A stretch of DNA of 64,000 nucleotides from IMG/VR virus record IMGVR_UViG_3300023184_000042, positions 68,304 through 132,303 of that record, one strand, 5' to 3'. The notes beneath the pieces were generated by a model that saw only the letters and a list, made by a program, of their open reading frames with translations, was not told the DNA's origin and searched no databases. The position numbers and the translations under genes are program-made. Within the stretch, counting starts at the first letter, position 1. Each line of letters opens with the position of its first letter. Shown here one piece after another: positions 19,078 through 27,364 of this stretch. This DNA comes from a virus.

Positions 19078-20067
19078 ATGGCTATAACGAATTTATCAAC
19101 CCAGCATATATCTGCTTCATATCAATATTTAGCTCAGATATCACCGTCTGGAGACATTTACGATGGTTTAGGTAACCAAATTACTTCATTAAATTTAGCG
19201 AATGCAACATTTAATTCAATAAAAAATGCAGATTCAGCTTCATATGTCAATACATTAAATCAAACATTAATATTATCTGGCTCATTAAGAGTATCAGGCT
19301 CACAAAATTTTGTAGGAACTAAAACACTTTCAGGATCTATTTTTATAACAGGTTCTAAATTTATAGTAGGCGATAATTACATAACAGGTTCACATAACGT
19401 GTCAGGTTCAATAACACTGACAGGGCCTTCTATACAAAATTCAGCTTCATTAGGGTCAACATTAATTTCCGGTTCAATGGAATTTGACGGTTCAACATTT
19501 TATAGAACAGTTGATTCTTCAGGAAGAACTTTAAATGCAAATCATCATTTATTTTATTTACCTACATCGATAGCTCATACAGCATCTATTCAAACAGACG
19601 CATTTTCAGGTTCGTTAAACGTATTCCAAATGCAAGCTAATTCATTGTATGAAGTACAATATAATTTATTTTATACTAAAACAGGAAACGGGGCAGTAAC
19701 TTGGAATATTTTCAGTGTTGATCAAACTATGCAAAATATACACGCTACTATAGATGCTTCGGCAGCTGGAGGAACCAGTCATTATTATGCTACAGATGCA
19801 TTAGCAACTGGGGGCTCTCCGATTACATCGGCAGTAATTAACAAAGTAAATACAGTTAACGCTTCAATTACGCTTCCATCGTTAACGAACGCCACTAATC
19901 ATAAAGCAATTATCAAAGCTTTAATTTGGAGTCATTCAAGTTTACCATCTAAATTAAAACTTCAAATTACTCAAGCAGGAACGAATACAACTATATGGCC
20001 AGGTTCATATTATACAATTAAAAAATTGCCAGTAGCATCAGTAGGAACATTTACGTTATCACCATAA
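19078..20067 (+). CDS. Short fibre-like virion protein
   Basis: N-terminus MAITNLSTQHISASYQYLAQISPSGDIYDGLGNQITSL is paralogous to ORF 11729; SGS/TGS repeats. Confidence 0.65.
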   Translation: MAITNLSTQHISASYQYLAQISPSGDIYDGLGNQITSLNLANATFNSIKNADSASYVNTLNQTLILSGSLRVSGSQNFVGTKTLSGSIFITGSKFIVGDNYITGSHNVSGSITLTGPSIQNSASLGSTLISGSMEFDGSTFYRTVDSSGRTLNANHHLFYLPTSIAHTASIQTDAFSGSLNVFQMQANSLYEVQYNLFYTKTGNGAVTWNIFSVDQTMQNIHATIDASAAGGTSHYYATDALATGGSPITSAVINKVNTVNASITLPSLTNATNHKAIIKALIWSHSSLPSKLKLQITQAGTNTTIWPGSYYTIKKLPVASVGTFTLSP

Positions 20068-20071
20068 AATC

Positions 20072-22807
20072 ATGATAAAAAACATCATAGCAATTTATCC
20101 AGGAAGGTTTCAGCCTTTTGGAAAACATCACGCAGCTGCTTTCAAGTGGTTACAAACTCAATTCGGAGCTCCAAATTGTTACATAGCAACTTCAAACGTC
20201 GTAGACCCCCCAAAGTCGCCTTTTTCTTTCGTAGAAAAGGCAGATATAATAAGCCACTATGGTTTCAATGGCCAAGCAGTACAGACGAAGAATCCGTATA
20301 AAGCGGAGGAGATTTTATCTAACATGAATCCACAAGATACAGCAGTGGTATTTTTAGTAGGTCAAAAAGATATGCAAGACGATCCTAGATTTGCAATGAA
20401 GCCTAGAAAAGACGGAAACCCCTCATATTTTCAACCTTACGATAAAAATAAACAAGCACTACAAGGATTTGATAAACATGGATATTTAGTAGTAGCTCCA
20501 CACGTTTCAATTGCAATACCAGGATTTGGAGAAATGTCAGGAACTACCTTAAGACAAGTGTTAGGAGATAAAAAACCAAGAGCACAAAAAGAAAAAATAT
20601 TCAAAGACATATTTGGATGGTATGATAAAAACACTGCAAATATGATTTTTGATAAACTTGAAGCGCTACAAGAAACTAAAAAATCAGCAATAGCTGAAAT
20701 TATGAAAAAAAAGAATCAGATAACTTCCCGTTCTATTTCTGAAAATCAAACTCCTGTATTTTCAAAACAATGGTGGAATGAATCTTTAGATTTAAATGAA
20801 GCAGTATCTATTGACGAGCTTAAATCTAAATTTAAAAAATTCATAACTGCACTTAAACAAGAAGGCAAAGAAACCAAACAAGCTTTTACTTTACTAGCTC
20901 AAGCAGCTCAAGGTAAAAAGAATTTGTCTGACGCGGAAAAGAAACAAATAGGAGATCAAATGAAAGATGTCCTTAAGACAATTGGCTTAACTGCAATTGC
21001 ATTAATGCCAGGAGGGCTTATAGCAGGATTGTTAATTAAATTCTTAAAAGCAGAACATTACATTACTCCTTCAGCATTTATGACTGAAGCTTCATTGAAA
21101 CCTAATGTATGGAAAGATTTCAATTTAGCTGCGCTAACGCCTGAAGATATGGATACTGTATGGAACATGTATTCAGATACTTATTCCAAAGCAGGATTAG
21201 ATTTTTCAGCAAATAATGCAGGAGAACTTCAATCCAAATACAAAGCAGTTTATTTAGAAGATGTCGACGGAGATTCAATTGCAGATGCTTTTATTATTTA
21301 TAAGCCTACTCAATTTGGAAATAAAATTGCATTGTTAGGTACTAATGATAAGAGAGAAGCAAAGAAAGAAATGCTTACTCAATTATTTAAACTTTTAAAA
21401 ACTCAAGGATGGTTTATAGAAGCTTCTATGAAAATGGAAGAAATTCTAGCTGCTAAATCTGATATTCCAGTAGTAACAGACGAAAAAGTTATTCAAGGGC
21501 TAGTAGGAGATAAAGGTTTAGAAATGATGGAAGACGGTTATTATAAACGTAAATTATCTAAAGTAAACAAAATAATTGTTAAGCGTTTATATGGTAAACC
21601 AAAAACAAGCTCTTTGAAAGAAGGCGCTATGTCAGCAGCACAGCAGAAAAAGCACAATGAAAAAATTGAAAGATTAAAAAGATTTTTAGATAATAATGTA
21701 GGTCGTCCATTTGTATATGACTTCAATGACTTTCCTAAAACAGTAGCTGGAGTTAAGATTCAAGAATCTCTTTTACGAGAAGGAGGAGCTGGAGGTCATA
21801 TGGCACATCCATTTAATATTAATTGGGTTAATACAGGAAAAGATTTAATCAAAGCATTTCAAATGTCAATTGATTATTTGAAAAAAGGTCCTGCTGCAGT
21901 GAAAATTGATGGTGTGAATGCTTCAATTCGATTTGTTGAGTTAGACGGTAAAAAGCAATTTGTAATGGATAGAGGTTCAATGAAACCTTTAGATGTTAAA
22001 GGAATTACCAAAGCAGAGTTAACTGATAGATTTGGAGAAGGTCATGGAATGATTAAAGTAGGAGGAACTGTTTTAGATATTTTTAATGAATCAATTCCTA
22101 AAATTCAAAATGAACTTAAAAAATTAAAATTGTGGGACAATCCAAATATAATGTTCAATATTGAATATGTAGCTGGGTCTACTAATGTTTTAGCTTACGA
22201 TAAAAATTTCCTAGCTATTCATGGTTTATTAGAATTAGAACAAGTAACTCCTAAACGAAGAGGTACTAATGAAATTGAGTATGATAAAGCAGCATTGCAA
22301 GAGCTATTAAATAAATTAGCACCTGCAGCTACTAAAAAAGGATATGAAGTAGTAGGATCTATTCCAACTAAATTAGATAGTAATCCAGATTTAAATTCAG
22401 AACTAAATAAAAAATATACAGTTAATTACAATGCTACTAAAAAAGAAACTAAAACTTTAGGGCAATGGCTAAATGACGCAAAAGTACCTAACACAGAATT
22501 TAAAACAAAAGAAGGAAAAACTATATCTGCATTGTCTAAAGATGTGCTAATTAAAATTTCAGAAGGTACTAATTTAGAAGATTATGTTGCAGATGCAAAA
22601 GATTATCAAACTGTAATAGACGGGTTTGTAATTTATATGGCTACTATGAAGTTAGGAGATGCTGTGTTATCTAAATTATCTTCTCCACTTGGACCAGTGT
22701 CAGATCATGAAGGAATAGTAATTAGAGATGAAAGAATCAGCAATGCGCCTTTTAAAATTACTGGAAAATTTATTTTGGGAGGTTTAGCGAGCTCTTTTAA
22801 AAAATAA
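20072..22807 (+). CDS. Multidomain protein: HIGH-family nucleotidyltransferase, middle domains, and a ligase-like (KxDG) domain
   Basis: YPGRFQPFGKHH...MSGTTLR at the N-terminus; VKIDG, NIEY, HEGIVIR and FKITG at the C-terminus. Confidence 0.65.
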   Translation: MIKNIIAIYPGRFQPFGKHHAAAFKWLQTQFGAPNCYIATSNVVDPPKSPFSFVEKADIISHYGFNGQAVQTKNPYKAEEILSNMNPQDTAVVFLVGQKDMQDDPRFAMKPRKDGNPSYFQPYDKNKQALQGFDKHGYLVVAPHVSIAIPGFGEMSGTTLRQVLGDKKPRAQKEKIFKDIFGWYDKNTANMIFDKLEALQETKKSAIAEIMKKKNQITSRSISENQTPVFSKQWWNESLDLNEAVSIDELKSKFKKFITALKQEGKETKQAFTLLAQAAQGKKNLSDAEKKQIGDQMKDVLKTIGLTAIALMPGGLIAGLLIKFLKAEHYITPSAFMTEASLKPNVWKDFNLAALTPEDMDTVWNMYSDTYSKAGLDFSANNAGELQSKYKAVYLEDVDGDSIADAFIIYKPTQFGNKIALLGTNDKREAKKEMLTQLFKLLKTQGWFIEASMKMEEILAAKSDIPVVTDEKVIQGLVGDKGLEMMEDGYYKRKLSKVNKIIVKRLYGKPKTSSLKEGAMSAAQQKKHNEKIERLKRFLDNNVGRPFVYDFNDFPKTVAGVKIQESLLREGGAGGHMAHPFNINWVNTGKDLIKAFQMSIDYLKKGPAAVKIDGVNASIRFVELDGKKQFVMDRGSMKPLDVKGITKAELTDRFGEGHGMIKVGGTVLDIFNESIPKIQNELKKLKLWDNPNIMFNIEYVAGSTNVLAYDKNFLAIHGLLELEQVTPKRRGTNEIEYDKAALQELLNKLAPAATKKGYEVVGSIPTKLDSNPDLNSELNKKYTVNYNATKKETKTLGQWLNDAKVPNTEFKTKEGKTISALSKDVLIKISEGTNLEDYVADAKDYQTVIDGFVIYMATMKLGDAVLSKLSSPLGPVSDHEGIVIRDERISNAPFKITGKFILGGLASSFKK

Positions 22808-22816
22808 GATATTTAT
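22808..22816 (+). promoter_or_regulatory. Late promoter motif GATATTTAT
   Basis: 17 nt before ATG 22834. Confidence 0.65.
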
Positions 22817-22833
22817 TATTAAAATTAGAAAAT

Positions 22834-23430
22834 ATGTCTACAAAGTTACGTAATATAGATGCTATCAAAAAAATGTTAGATGGCACACATAAGTCTCAGA
22901 ATACAACGACAGTTGGAATGAATACAGGAATTGTTTCTGACGATCAAAAAAGAGAAGTAGGTGAAATATGGAAAGATTCTCAAGGTGTTGAATGGGAACA
23001 AAGGGCTGGATTTAAAATACAAAAAGGTAAAATGGATACCATTCGTGAGTTAATTAATGCTCAAAAAATGCCATCTCATTGTCCTAAATGTAATCAGCCA
23101 ATGACAAAAAAATTAGATAAAAAGTTTTGGAAATTAGATAAACAATGTTTTGATTGTCAAATAGATTTTGAACATAATTTAAAAATTGAAGGCAAATATG
23201 AACAATATGAAAAGGATAGAATTTTAAAAAATGCAGAAGCTTGGTTAGTAGAAGCTGAACAAGAAGCTATGGAAATTATAGAAGCATTTAGAAATCCAGT
23301 TGCATATACAAATGCCGACGGTACTACCGAGGAATGGTCAGGTCAATTAACACCTGAAGAAGTTGCGGATAAAATAGAAACACAATTTAAAGAATTCAAA
23401 GAAGATTTTTTAGAAAAATTAAAAAGCTAA
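22834..23430 (+). CDS. Hypothetical zinc-ribbon protein
   Basis: CPKC...CFDC; REVGEIW...WEQ. Confidence 0.65.
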   Translation: MSTKLRNIDAIKKMLDGTHKSQNTTTVGMNTGIVSDDQKREVGEIWKDSQGVEWEQRAGFKIQKGKMDTIRELINAQKMPSHCPKCNQPMTKKLDKKFWKLDKQCFDCQIDFEHNLKIEGKYEQYEKDRILKNAEAWLVEAEQEAMEIIEAFRNPVAYTNADGTTEEWSGQLTPEEVADKIETQFKEFKEDFLEKLKS

Positions 23431-24041
23431 TGACAGAACAAGCAACTATTGTAGCAGCATTTTTAACAGGTATTGCTGGCCCGTTAATAATAATATTTGT
23501 AAAAAATTATTTAGACAGTAGGAAAAAACCTGACGATATGGTTAAAGAAGCTATAGAAGTTTCTACATTAGTGTCAGCAAAAATTGAACACATAAAAGAA
23601 GAATTTGGAGCTGATCGAGTTTGGGTTTCACAATTTCATAATGGAGGTCATTTTTATCCGACAGGCAAATCAATAGCAAAATTTAGTTTATTTTACGAAA
23701 CAGTTAAACCAGGTATAACATCTATTCAAGGATTTTTTCAAAATATCCCAGTAGCACTTTTTTCAAAATCAGTAAATGAATTGTTAGAAAATGACATTGT
23801 TAGTATTACAGATTTCAAAGATGAGAAAGTAGCTACTTTTGGATTAAAATACATAGCAGAAGATTACGGATGCAAATCAGTATATTTATTTGCAATCAAA
23901 TCAATTGACGGTAAGTTTATAGGTACACTAGGATTGGATTTCACAAAAAGAAAAACAACTTTAAGTATTGAAGATTCTAACCATTTATTAAACTATGCTA
24001 CTTCAATTGGAGGAGTATTAATGAACCATTTACAAAATTAA
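23430..24041 (+). CDS. N-terminal transmembrane plus GAF-like protein; candidate T4 gpT-type holin
   Basis: Hydrophobic residues ~6-25; ADRVWVSQFHNG...GCKSVYLFAIKSIDGKFIGTLGLDF GAF-like pattern. Confidence 0.5.
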   Translation: MTEQATIVAAFLTGIAGPLIIIFVKNYLDSRKKPDDMVKEAIEVSTLVSAKIEHIKEEFGADRVWVSQFHNGGHFYPTGKSIAKFSLFYETVKPGITSIQGFFQNIPVALFSKSVNELLENDIVSITDFKDEKVATFGLKYIAEDYGCKSVYLFAIKSIDGKFIGTLGLDFTKRKTTLSIEDSNHLLNYATSIGGVLMNHLQN

Positions 24042-24046
24042 TAATC

Positions 24047-24964
24047 ATGATAAAATTAAAAAGTCTTTTAAACTTAAAAGAAGAGGAAGATAAAGCAGGA
24101 GAGTCGTTAATATCAACTCAAGATGCTGTTAATGCTTTTTTCAAAAAAAATAAATCTGCATTAGAAAAATTATCTGATGATGATGACTGGGACGCATTTT
24201 ACGATTTAGGATTTGATGCATTTCCAGACATCGATCAAGATGATATTGCTCAAGCTTTAAATAGTGCAATGTTAAATTCTGGCTGGGTAGAAAATGAAGA
24301 CGTTTCTGTAATGCCAACTGAAAAGGATTTAGAATTAGCAGCATTTGGAGATAAAAAACTTCAAAAAGGAATAGACATTGCTGCATATGATAAACTAGCA
24401 AAACTACCTAAAAACCCAGAAAACATTAAAGAGTCTTTAAAAAAAAAAGGTAAGGTAACAGAAATGGCTAACACAGAGTCTACAAAAGTAGATTCGTTTT
24501 TAGGTACTATTAAATCTTCAGTTAAAAGTGCAAGAGTTGTACAACAAGTAACTGATTTTATTAATATCGCAAGATTAGATCCATACGCCTCTTATAAAAG
24601 CCTTTTAAAAGATTTACTTTTATTTTACAAAGGTAATAATGAAGTATATAATATAGTGCAGTCTGGCCTTCAAGAATCTAAAAAAAAAGAAGCACTCTGC
24701 GAAATTGATCAAATAGAAGAAGCAGAGTATAAAGGAAGAAAAGTAAAATTAGGGAAACCTTTTTATACTCCCGGAGGTCCTAGAAAGCGAGCAGTATACG
24801 TCAGAAATGACAAAGGTAATGTCGTTAAAGTAGGGTTCGGAGAGCCTGGAATGAAAATTAAAAAAAATAATCCTGCTCGAAGAAAATCTTTTAGAGCAAG
24901 ACATAATTGTGAAACCCCTGGACCTAGATGGAAAGCTAGATATTGGTCCTGCAGAGCATGGTAA
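24047..24964 (+). CDS. Putative head-packaged protein; acidic N-part and basic C-terminal domain
   Basis: MIKLKSLLNLKE leader; internal IKE/VTE/LQE sites; C-terminal VKVGFG...RRKSFRARHNC...RYWSCRAW. Confidence 0.6.
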   Translation: MIKLKSLLNLKEEEDKAGESLISTQDAVNAFFKKNKSALEKLSDDDDWDAFYDLGFDAFPDIDQDDIAQALNSAMLNSGWVENEDVSVMPTEKDLELAAFGDKKLQKGIDIAAYDKLAKLPKNPENIKESLKKKGKVTEMANTESTKVDSFLGTIKSSVKSARVVQQVTDFINIARLDPYASYKSLLKDLLLFYKGNNEVYNIVQSGLQESKKKEALCEIDQIEEAEYKGRKVKLGKPFYTPGGPRKRAVYVRNDKGNVVKVGFGEPGMKIKKNNPARRKSFRARHNCETPGPRWKARYWSCRAW

Positions 24965-24968
24965 TAAT

Positions 24969-25886
24969 ATGAAAACAAATTTAATTATAGAAGCAGCTAG
25001 ATTACAAAAATTAGCTGGTATAAAATTAGCTGAAGATTTTAAAGATGACGTTGAAGATATTAAAAAAGCGCCATTAGCAACAGCAGTAGATAAAATTAGA
25101 GATTTAATTAAAGATCCGGATTTTATTGATAAAGCAACTTCAGGAGAAAAAGACGGTGCTAACAAAGACGAATCAATTAGTTTTTCAGAAGGAAATCCGT
25201 CATGTTTAGATATGTTACCAAGTCAAGCAGAAATTGGATTTGGTAATAGTTTAGCTGACATTTGCAATGACAAATTTGGAGCAATCGATTCTGCATTTTC
25301 TAATCCTGTTCTAATGCCGTCTAAAGCTGGTAAAATACCAGTATTAACTGCTAGAATTGGAAGTGATATAGTAATATTAGATGGACATCATAGATGGTCA
25401 TTATGTTTTATGATCAATCCAGATGCTAAAATGAAATGCGATATTATGGAAACTCCAACAGGTTTCAAAGCTGCTGATGCTTTAAAAATTATGCAATTAG
25501 CTATTGGCGTTGAAGCTGGCAAAGTAGTTACTAACCCATTTGAAGGTAAAGATTTAATGGCTGTATCTACAAAAGAAGTAATTAAATATGTTACTGAAAA
25601 TATAGGAGAAAAGGAAATAGCTACATTTACAAAATATAAACAGGAATTGAATAGCAAAGAATCAATAGCAAAATATATTGGCGAATCACATAAAAAAATA
25701 GTAGCCAAGAAAGGACCTTTTCCTAGAATTATAATGCCTCAAGCAGGAGATTCAGGAGCTTCACAAGATTCCGTAAATACTGCTTTGGAAAAAGGAGAAA
25801 TCAATTTCAATGACCCATATAAAAAAGAATCTGTCAATAAAAGATTAGACTCCATGCTTAAAGAATCTTTTATAAAAATAAAATAA
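24969..25886 (+). CDS. ParB/Srx-like nuclease-fold protein with a putative capsid-targeting leader
   Basis: Start re-assigned to ATG 24969 (MKTNLIIEAARLQKLAGIKLAE); MLPSQAEI and VILDGHHRW motifs. Confidence 0.7.
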   Translation: MKTNLIIEAARLQKLAGIKLAEDFKDDVEDIKKAPLATAVDKIRDLIKDPDFIDKATSGEKDGANKDESISFSEGNPSCLDMLPSQAEIGFGNSLADICNDKFGAIDSAFSNPVLMPSKAGKIPVLTARIGSDIVILDGHHRWSLCFMINPDAKMKCDIMETPTGFKAADALKIMQLAIGVEAGKVVTNPFEGKDLMAVSTKEVIKYVTENIGEKEIATFTKYKQELNSKESIAKYIGESHKKIVAKKGPFPRIIMPQAGDSGASQDSVNTALEKGEINFNDPYKKESVNKRLDSMLKESFIKIK

Positions 25887-25887
25887 A

Positions 25888-26400
25888 ATGATCAAATTAA
25901 AAGACATATTAAAAGAAGCTGAAGGAGAAGCTCCAAAGTGCCCAGTTGCTACTCAAAATGTAGAAGTAAATTTAGAGCACCGACAAATAGCTATTGAAAA
26001 GTATGGATATGGTCCTTTGAATCCTAATAATCCAAATGTAAAATTTTGGAAAGCAAAACAAGCTTTATGGAAAGAAGATACTATAGAAGGAGCTAAATCT
26101 GCAAGATGTAATTCATGTGCTGCTTTTAATGTAACTTCTAGAATATTAAGCTGTATTGAAAAATCATTAGCTTCAGATGTAGTTCCGGAAGAAGAGCCAG
26201 TTGAGGAAGGAGAAGATATTCAAACTCAAACACCTGCTCCAGATCCGGAATTAGACGACACTGAAGGAGCTGATAAAGACGCTTGGGACACAATAGAAGC
26301 AGGTAAATTAGGATATTGTATGATGCATAAATTCAAATGTGCAGGTTCTAGAACATGTAATGCTTGGGTAACAGGTGGTCCAATTAAAGATAAAAAGTAA
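25888..26400 (+). CDS. Cys-rich (HiPIP-like) protein with a putative capsid-targeting leader
   Basis: MIKLKDILKE; RCNSCAAF...GYCMMHKFKCAGSRTCNAW. Confidence 0.55.
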   Translation: MIKLKDILKEAEGEAPKCPVATQNVEVNLEHRQIAIEKYGYGPLNPNNPNVKFWKAKQALWKEDTIEGAKSARCNSCAAFNVTSRILSCIEKSLASDVVPEEEPVEEGEDIQTQTPAPDPELDDTEGADKDAWDTIEAGKLGYCMMHKFKCAGSRTCNAWVTGGPIKDKK

Positions 26401-26403
26401 ATT

Positions 26404-26643
26404 ATGCCATTACAAAAACCAGTTTTGCAAGCTGCAATATTAGCAGCATTTCAAAAGCAATCAGCGCCATCAGCAAATTTAGCCGCTGCACAAGCACAGC
26501 TAGCTGCTGATTTAGCAACAGCTATTGATGAATACATTAAATCTGCTAAAGTAACTATTCCGCCAGGTCAATTAGTAATAGCCGGGTCTCCTCCAGGTCC
26601 AGGAGCGTGTGTAGCACCTTCTCCGAACGCACTTATATCTTAG
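26404..26643 (+). CDS. Small hypothetical protein (possible baseplate spike-associated)
   Basis: LAADLATAIDEYIKSAKVT followed by a Pro/Gly-rich tail. Confidence 0.5.
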   Translation: MPLQKPVLQAAILAAFQKQSAPSANLAAAQAQLAADLATAIDEYIKSAKVTIPPGQLVIAGSPPGPGACVAPSPNALIS

Positions 26644-26646
26644 TAA

Positions 26647-26685
26647 TTACTGTCTTTTATATTTATATTAAATAAAAGGCAGTAA
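26647..26685 (+). promoter_or_regulatory. Late motif ATATTTAT (26659-26666) at a hairpin apex; stem ends 3 nt before ATG 26689
   Basis: TTACTGTCTTTTAT pairs with ATAAAAGGCAGTAA, 14 bp with one G-U. Confidence 0.7.
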
Positions 26686-26688
26686 ACT

Positions 26689-27048
26689 ATGAACACAACA
26701 TTCAACAAACAAAATATACTGTTAGGTATTGCTATCCTATTAATAGGGTACAATATCTTTACAACTAACAGTATAAAGACAGATGTCAAAGGCTATAAAG
26801 ATAAAATTGAATTGCTACAGACTAAAGTAGATTCGGCTAAGACAGTAAATACTCAAATCGATACTAAAATTGATTCAGTAAAAGAAAATGTAATTTCTAT
26901 TACCAAAGAAATACATCATATAGACAATACAATAACAATCGTAAAAAATCAAACAAATGAAAAAGTTAATAATGCTAGTAAGTTTTCTAATGCTGAGCTT
27001 GAGCAGTTTTTCGCAGCAAGATACAACCAAAGTTTGCATACCAACTAA
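26689..27048 (+). CDS. N-terminal TM plus coiled coil; candidate i-spanin
   Basis: ILLGIAILLIGYNIF then heptad-rich region; overlaps the next gene by 92 nt. Confidence 0.5.
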   Translation: MNTTFNKQNILLGIAILLIGYNIFTTNSIKTDVKGYKDKIELLQTKVDSAKTVNTQIDTKIDSVKENVISITKEIHHIDNTITIVKNQTNEKVNNASKFSNAELEQFFAARYNQSLHTN

Positions 27049-27358
27049 AACTGCTAGATTAATTGCTAAAGATTTAATCAGGTATGACGGGTGTGTGCAA
27101 GAGTTAAAACTTACTCAACAAAAAGTTACTAAGTTAGAAGAAAGAGAAGTGCAAAAAGACACTATTATCAAACTTCTAAACGATAAAGATGATAATAACA
27201 AATACATTATCCATCAACAAGAATTGCAGATTGGGCAGTATGAACATTTAACTGACGATCTTCAATCTGAAATAAAAGGCCAAAGAATGAAAACTTTTCT
27301 ATGGAAAGTGGGTACATTTTTAGGCGTAATTACTTCAGGTTACTTGTTAATTAAATAA
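26957..27358 (+). CDS. Signal peptide, coiled coil and C-terminal TM; candidate spanin partner
   Basis: MKKLIMLVSFLMLSLSSFS|QQ signal peptide; C-terminal FLWKVGTFLGVITSGYLLIK. Confidence 0.5.
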   Translation: MKKLIMLVSFLMLSLSSFSQQDTTKVCIPTKTARLIAKDLIRYDGCVQELKLTQQKVTKLEEREVQKDTIIKLLNDKDDNNKYIIHQQELQIGQYEHLTDDLQSEIKGQRMKTFLWKVGTFLGVITSGYLLIK

Positions 27359-27364
27359 AAATTT

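Noticed and set aside
7580-20067. Diversity-generating retroelement or invertible fibre cassette
   Set aside because: No reverse transcriptase or recombinase, no adenine-specific TR/VR pair and no inverted gene segments were seen in this window
24909-24968. Upstream starts in the ORF track (24909, 37866, 48445, 59812)
   Set aside because: They overlap upstream genes or promoter motifs; ATGs at 24969, 37893 and 59884, and a frameshift entry near 48517, fit better
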